From the NCBI GenBank assembly GCA_003162415.1, contig PMOL01000011.1, positions 84,701-148,700 of the forward strand: 64,000 nucleotides of DNA, written 5' to 3'. This document shows positions 58,190 to 64,000 of this stretch, piece after piece. The first letter of the stretch is position 1, and each line of letters begins with the position of its first letter. The position numbers and the translations under genes are program-made. Under the pieces are notes generated by a model. It saw only the letters and a list, made by a program, of their open reading frames with translations. It had not been told where the DNA came from and searched no databases. The stretch comes from Candidatus Dormiibacterota bacterium. Its GTDB lineage: Bacteria > Chloroflexota > Dormibacteria > Aeolococcales > Aeolococcaceae.

Positions 58190-58522
58190 ATGATCCTGGT
58201 GGTGTTTCGATCGCGCAACCGGCCGGATGGCGACCTCGAGGAATATTCGCGGCGCAGCAAACGCCTCCACGAGCTGGTGCAGGACCACCCCGGGTTCATC
58301 TCGATCGAGAGCTTCGAGACACCCGACGGTGAGGAGGTGTCGCTCGAGCTGTTCGAGAACGAAGAGTCCGTGAAGGCGTGGCGTGACAACGCCGAGCACC
58401 GCGATACGCAACGATGGGCGCGCGACCACTTCTACTCCTGGTACTCGGTACAGGTGAGTGAGGTTATTCGCGCGTACGACGTCGACCTCATGGCACCCAG
58501 CGAGGCGGCAGCCGCCTCGTAG
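58190..58522 (+). CDS. Antibiotic biosynthesis monooxygenase (ABM) domain protein
   Basis: VVFRSR, HPGF, E.SV.AW...EH..Q and Y..Y.V.V pattern. Confidence 0.85.
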   Translation: MILVVFRSRNRPDGDLEEYSRRSKRLHELVQDHPGFISIESFETPDGEEVSLELFENEESVKAWRDNAEHRDTQRWARDHFYSWYSVQVSEVIRAYDVDLMAPSEAAAAS

Positions 58523-58524
58523 CG

Positions 58525-58953
58525 TCAGCGACGCGCGCGGAAGAAGTCCTGCAGCAACGTGCCGCCTTCGCCGTCAGCGATTCCACTGGTCACGTCGATC
58601 CGGTGGTTGTTGCGCGGGTTGCGGAGCACGTCGTACACGCTGCCGTCGGCACCCTTCTTTGGATCGCGAGCGCCATAGACGCACGCGGCGATGCGCGCCT
58701 GCACCATCGCGCCGGCGCACATCGGACACGGCTCCAACGTCGCATAGACGGTGACGCCATCGAGACGCCAGCCACCGATGATGCCGGCAACACGCCTCAG
58801 CACCAGCATCTCGGCGTGGGCAGTCGCGTCACCCCTCCGCTCAATCGCGTTGCCGGCGGTCGCGAGGATGGCGCCGTCGCGGACCGCCACCGCGCCGATC
58901 GGCACCTCACCGCGCGCACCTGCGGCACGCGCCGCCTGTAGCGCGCGACGCAT
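58525..58953 (-). CDS. tadA: tRNA adenosine(34) deaminase
   Basis: GEVPIGA, TAHAE, TLEPCPMCAGA, D.K.GA.GS and FF.ARR motifs. Confidence 0.95.
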   Translation of the reverse strand: MRRALQAARAAGARGEVPIGAVAVRDGAILATAGNAIERRGDATAHAEMLVLRRVAGIIGGWRLDGVTVYATLEPCPMCAGAMVQARIAACVYGARDPKKGADGSVYDVLRNPRNNHRIDVTSGIADGEGGTLLQDFFRARR

Positions 58954-58976
58954 GAAGCGCTCGTGAAGCTCGATCG

Positions 58977-61199
58977 CTACCCCACCGCGACGAGCGGCAG
59001 GTCGATCCTCAGGTCCGGACGCTCGACGACGCGCATCGTGTCATCGACAAAACGCACACGCTCGAACGTGATGCAGTTCACCGGACAGTGGTCTTCGCAA
59101 ATCCTGCAGTTGGTGCAGCGGTCGTAGTTGATGTAGATCTCGCCCTCGTAGCCGCCCGCACCGGGCCGGCCACCCGAGGTCGCGCACACGAGCGTCTCCC
59201 CGCCCGAGGAGCGCTCGCGATCCTCGCCGAAGACCACCACGTCGATGGCCTTCTCAGGGCACACGTCGTCGCACGCGCCACAGAGGACGCAGACGTTCTG
59301 GTCGTAGTGGTGCACGGAGTCGCACTGGAAGCAGCGAATCGCCTGGACGATCGCCGTCTGGTCGCTCCACGACTGCTCGACCTCGGTCATGTCGTAGCGC
59401 TTCCCGGCCTCGAGGATGCCCGGCTCGACACGCGCGAACAGCTCGGACTGACGATGGTCGTCGGTGCGCTCCACGACCGTCTGATAGATACGATCGCCGG
59501 CCGCCTCCATGTCCTCGCCGAGGAACTCGCGAATCGAGCGAGCAACGCGGTGTCCCCAGCCGGCGGCGTCGACGATAAACGACGGTCCCTGGACGCAGTC
59601 ACCACCTGAGAAGAGCTTGTCGACTCCGGTGTGACCACCGCGATCCGCTGCAAGCAAGCCACGCTGCGTCACCGGGACGAGCTCGTCGGGACGCTCCATG
59701 ATCTGACCGGACGCGAAGATCACGTAGTCCGCGGACACCGTCCAGCGTTCCGCGTTCGCCTGCTCCTTCACGGAGGAGAAGATGAGCTTGCCGCTGAGCG
59801 GATCGAACTCGAGGTCCTGCAGCGGAGCGAAGGCGACTGCCTTCACGCTGCCCTTCTCGTCCCCGAGGATCTCTTTGACGATCACGCCGCACTGGATATG
59901 CAGTCCGATCTCCTTTGCCTCATGGAGCTCGTTGCCGAACGCGGGAAGCCGATCCTCCGGCTCGATGGCAACCATCCACACGTCCTTGGCGCCGAGCTTG
60001 ATCGACGACTGGCACGCGTCGGTCGCGACTGCACCACCACCGACCACCACCACACTGCCACCCACGGGAAAGTGATCGGGGACCTTGTCGTATGACACGG
60101 TGCGCAGGAAGCTCATCGCATCGATGACCTCGGGAAGGTCGCTCCCCGGGATCGGCAGGATGCGGCCCTTCATCATCCCGATCGAGAAGAAGACGGCGTC
60201 GTATTCGTCGAGCAAATCCTTGGTCTTGATGTCGCCGGCACCGCCGCCAATGTTGCTGTTGAGGCGGACGTCGATCCCCGTCGTCATGATCATGTCGAGC
60301 TCCCACTGGAGCTGGCGATGATCGAACCGGAACGGCGGAATCGACGTGCTCAGCAGGCCGCCCACCTTCGCCTCGCGCTCGAAGAGCACGACGTCATATC
60401 CCTGGACGCGCAGGTCGAGTGCACAGGTGAGGCCGGCAGGTCCCGCACCCACGACGGCGACGCGTTTGCCCTTGGCAGGCGCGATCTTGTAATTGATCCA
60501 CAGTCCCTGCTGGAAGGCGAAGTCGGTCGAGAATCGCTTGATCGATTTGATCGTCACCGGCTCCTCGCCGGGGTCCCATCCGCGCTTGCAGTCGGTCTCG
60601 CAGGGGTGGTTGCAGAGCCGCCCGAGCATGCTTGGGAATGGGTTGGTCTCGTGGATGACCGCCCACGAGTCGACGTAGCGACCCTGGCTCACATAGTCGA
60701 TGTAGGTCGCGATGTCCTGGCGGATCGGGCAGTTGCGCTGGCAGGGAGTGATCGGGACGTTGAAGCCCAGGTCGAGATGCCCGCTCATGATCTTCATGGG
60801 CGCCTTGTCGATCACGTTCTTCGCGATGGCACCGAGAACGTGTGCCGCACTCACCATGCCGACCGGCTCGCTGTTGCGCGAGAAGAACCCGCCTTCGGAT
60901 GCGGTGACGATGGCAGCCTCGGCGGAGGCCTTGCGCATCACCTCGGCACCGCGCTCGATGCGCTCGCCGAGGTCGATCTCCGGGGCGGGGCGCATGACAT
61001 CGCGAACGCTGGTCTGGTCGAGCGCATCGAACGATGACACGACCACCTCGAGACCGATGGTGCCGAGCACGTCGTCACCCCGGACGACGATGAGCGGGAC
61101 CGGATCCTGGAGGCGCAATACCTCGAGGACGTCGGACAGCCGGTCCTCGGGATCGCATTCCGCGCCGAGTGGGGAGGCGATGCTCTCCAGCTCAGGCAT
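58977..61199 (-). CDS. CBS-domain plus GltD/NfnB/DsrL-like flavoprotein with C-terminal 2[4Fe-4S] ferredoxin
   Basis: N-terminal CBS pair; PCQRNCP, NPFP..LGRLC..PCETDC, GAGPAG, GGGAVATD, RCFQC, CVLCGACDDVCP and CTNCRICEDHCP. Confidence 0.85.
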   Translation of the reverse strand: MPELESIASPLGAECDPEDRLSDVLEVLRLQDPVPLIVVRGDDVLGTIGLEVVVSSFDALDQTSVRDVMRPAPEIDLGERIERGAEVMRKASAEAAIVTASEGGFFSRNSEPVGMVSAAHVLGAIAKNVIDKAPMKIMSGHLDLGFNVPITPCQRNCPIRQDIATYIDYVSQGRYVDSWAVIHETNPFPSMLGRLCNHPCETDCKRGWDPGEEPVTIKSIKRFSTDFAFQQGLWINYKIAPAKGKRVAVVGAGPAGLTCALDLRVQGYDVVLFEREAKVGGLLSTSIPPFRFDHRQLQWELDMIMTTGIDVRLNSNIGGGAGDIKTKDLLDEYDAVFFSIGMMKGRILPIPGSDLPEVIDAMSFLRTVSYDKVPDHFPVGGSVVVVGGGAVATDACQSSIKLGAKDVWMVAIEPEDRLPAFGNELHEAKEIGLHIQCGVIVKEILGDEKGSVKAVAFAPLQDLEFDPLSGKLIFSSVKEQANAERWTVSADYVIFASGQIMERPDELVPVTQRGLLAADRGGHTGVDKLFSGGDCVQGPSFIVDAAGWGHRVARSIREFLGEDMEAAGDRIYQTVVERTDDHRQSELFARVEPGILEAGKRYDMTEVEQSWSDQTAIVQAIRCFQCDSVHHYDQNVCVLCGACDDVCPEKAIDVVVFGEDRERSSGGETLVCATSGGRPGAGGYEGEIYINYDRCTNCRICEDHCPVNCITFERVRFVDDTMRVVERPDLRIDLPLVAVG

Positions 61200-61683
61200 T
61201 GGGGGTTTTGCGCCTCACCAGTGCGAAGTCGGCAAGCTCTCGCGGCGTCACCATTCCGACCACGGTTTCGTCCTCATGGGTGACTATCGCCAAGCGGCGC
61301 TCGTGATTCGCCATCAGGGAAACGACCTCGCTCAGACGCTGGTGCTCGTCGACGAGCAGCGGTGACTGGCGCAGCATGTTGCGTGCCTGCACGTTCGTCG
61401 ACGGCGGGCGCACCGCGAAATCGCTTCCGGACACAACGATGTCGCCGGCGATCAGATGGTCGATGACATCCTCTTTGGCGACGAAGCCGACCGGCCGCCG
61501 GTCGACGAGCACGACGATCTCACTCAGGATGTTGTCCGCAAGCAACTTCGCGATGGCGTCGGCGGGCGTGCTCGGGAGGCAGAACACCACCTCGTTGCGC
61601 ATCACCGTTCTCACCTCGGGATCGCTCGCTTCGAGTGCGAGGCTGTCGGGATCGACCGAGGCTGCCAGAGGGACCGAGGTCAC
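61192..61683 (-). CDS. CBS-domain protein
   Basis: VRTVMR...PVGFV..ED and VVGMVT..EL CBS pair; overlaps both neighbours. Confidence 0.8.
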   Translation of the reverse strand: MTSVPLAASVDPDSLALEASDPEVRTVMRNEVVFCLPSTPADAIAKLLADNILSEIVVLVDRRPVGFVAKEDVIDHLIAGDIVVSGSDFAVRPPSTNVQARNMLRQSPLLVDEHQRLSEVVSLMANHERRLAIVTHEDETVVGMVTPRELADFALVRRKTPNA

Positions 61684-62375
61684 GCTCCCGCCTCTTGCGC
61701 CATCTGCTCCTGCAGCCGGCGCAGGACGTCCTGCCAGGTTTCGGTGGTCTCAACGGGCCGGGCCTGCGCACGTGGCGCGGCGCGCTGGATCTTGGTGCGT
61801 GTCTTGGTGATCTCGCGCTCGCGCTTGCGATCCTGGACGGATCGGGCCGACTCGACAGCCTGACGGACCTCGGTCTCCACCTCGGAGATCTCCTCGGCGG
61901 AGGTGGCCCCGCGCAGCGATCTCCCCAGACGCGAAGTCACATCGGGCGGCAGTTGCGGGCCTGCGTCGCGAAGCATGTCGCTGCCCCGGCGCCGCAGCAG
62001 ATCGAGCGCATGTGCGGCCCGAGCGCGTTCCGCATTCGCCGAGCGCTGCTGCTGATACAGCTCCATCCCGCTCGCGATCAACTGCGGGTACTGGAACGCC
62101 TGACTGAACTTGCCGGTGTTGATGCGCGCGGTGATGTCGTCGACCGACCGCTGCAACTCCTCGCGCTGCTCGCCCTCGAGGCTGCCGAGCAAATCGGCGA
62201 GGATCGGGCGTGCCTGTGCATAGGCTCTCTTCACCCACGCGGGAAGATGATGGTGCGAGGGCTCCGGCACCGGCGCCGGCGTCGTCGCTCGAGGAGCTCC
62301 GACGGGACGGACGATGGCCGGGAATGCGGTCGTGAGGGGCGCCTGATGCTGGCTACGGGCCCTCGTCTGGATCAC
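61680..62375 (-). CDS. Hypothetical helical protein
   Basis: Coding-like ORF translationally coupled (GTGA) to the CBS gene; start estimated at GTG 62375 behind TACGAT. Confidence 0.65.
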   Translation of the reverse strand: MIQTRARSQHQAPLTTAFPAIVRPVGAPRATTPAPVPEPSHHHLPAWVKRAYAQARPILADLLGSLEGEQREELQRSVDDITARINTGKFSQAFQYPQLIASGMELYQQQRSANAERARAAHALDLLRRRGSDMLRDAGPQLPPDVTSRLGRSLRGATSAEEISEVETEVRQAVESARSVQDRKREREITKTRTKIQRAAPRAQARPVETTETWQDVLRRLQEQMAQEAGA

Positions 62376-62469
62376 TGCGATGCCACCATCGTACCCATAC
62401 CGGGGGGTGTCGCGACTCCCCCGTGTATCGATTGACTCACAATCCTGCCCCTGAGCATCCCAACAGAGT

Positions 62470-63267
62470 CTAGCGAGCCTTCGCCACTCGATGTCGCGGG
62501 CCGGTGCGGGGCTTGGCAAGGCCGAGGTCCGCCGACGGGCAGATGTCGGCGAGAACACACTCTGGGCAGCGTGGCCGGTTGGCGACGCAGATCCGCCGAC
62601 CGTGCAGGATGAGTCTCAGGCTCAGGCCCGTCCACTCGCTCGGCGGGACGATGCTGCACACGTCCTCCTCGATCTTCACGGGGTCGGTCGCGTAAGTCAG
62701 GCGGAGCAGCCCGGTGAGCCGTGTCACGTGCGTATCCACCGCAAAGCCCGGCTCCCCGAACGCCACACCGAGCACCACGTTGGCGGTCTTCCGTCCAACG
62801 CCTCGGAGCTTCACCAGATCCTCCATTCGCGACGGCACCTCACCGCCATGGAGGAGCACGAGGTCCTGGCTCATCTCGCGAATCGCCCGCGCCTTGGAGC
62901 GAAAGAACCCCGTCTTGTGGATGATCGCCTCGACATCCGCCTCCTCCGCCGCCGCGAGATCCGCAACCGTCGGATAGCGCGCAAACAAGATCGGCGTGAC
63001 CGAATTGACATTGACGTCGGTCGTCTGGGCACTGAGGATCACCGAAACCAACAGCTGCCACGGACTCCCATAGTCCAGCTCGGTGCGCGCCTCGCCGTAC
63101 TCGAGCTTCAGACGCTCCACGACAATCGGCGCCCGCTCCCGAGCCCCCACCGGCAACCGCCGCTTCCGAACCTTAGCCTTGCCCTTCGCCTTCGGATTCG
63201 GCTTCGCCGCAGCCGTTGCCTTGCCAACCGACCTCGGCTCCCGCGTCGCATTACTCAAGTCACTCAT
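62470..63267 (-). CDS. nth: Endonuclease III
   Basis: ILSAQTTD..VN, L.GVGRKTANVV, VDTHV and C-x6-C-x2-C-x5-C motifs. Confidence 0.96.
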   Translation of the reverse strand: MSDLSNATREPRSVGKATAAAKPNPKAKGKAKVRKRRLPVGARERAPIVVERLKLEYGEARTELDYGSPWQLLVSVILSAQTTDVNVNSVTPILFARYPTVADLAAAEEADVEAIIHKTGFFRSKARAIREMSQDLVLLHGGEVPSRMEDLVKLRGVGRKTANVVLGVAFGEPGFAVDTHVTRLTGLLRLTYATDPVKIEEDVCSIVPPSEWTGLSLRLILHGRRICVANRPRCPECVLADICPSADLGLAKPRTGPRHRVAKAR

Positions 63268-63288
63268 CTCAAATCACTCATAGGCTTG

Positions 63289-64000
<712 letters not shown>

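Overview
GC-rich bacterial DNA with actinobacteria/Chloroflexota-like promoters and many apparently leaderless genes; a Ca. Dormibacterota-type host is my guess only. Positions ~1-53388 are accessory DNA ending at tRNA-Ser(GGA) (53389-53479, minus strand), which has a Tn916/ICEBs1-type tyrosine integrase and excisionase beside it. The left part (0.6-37.8 kb) holds catabolic cargo: LacI/EamA/hyi; a GntR-led cluster with a Dpp-type ABC transporter, BPL-N amidotransferase-like protein, MmgE/PrpD protein, FAD oxidase, AstE and M24 hydrolases, TPP enzyme, PfpI and pxpABC; tatAC; and a second Dpp cluster with a cyclodeaminase, isochorismatase, two NicX-like paralogues, AsnC, an M20 peptidase and an amidohydrolase. 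The middle part (38-51.5 kb) is a defence/satellite hotspot: ThiF and DUF4238 relics, type I R-M, an SRA-HNH nuclease, a TIR domain fused to a PcrA/UvrD-type Tudor domain, an orphan membrane protein, a solitary HK97-type capsid gene with an inserted domain, a broken Sel1-repeat gene, and a Cre-like recombinase with two lox-like palindromes 26 kb apart. Right of 53.5 kb is core-like genome: tRNA-Ser(CGA), an ABC exporter, tadA, a CBS-GltD-ferredoxin fusion, nth and mdh. The best candidate for an undescribed system is the TIR-Tudor (putative RNA-polymerase-tethered or decoy) protein with its neighbours. All calls come from motif recognition by eye; no database searches were run.
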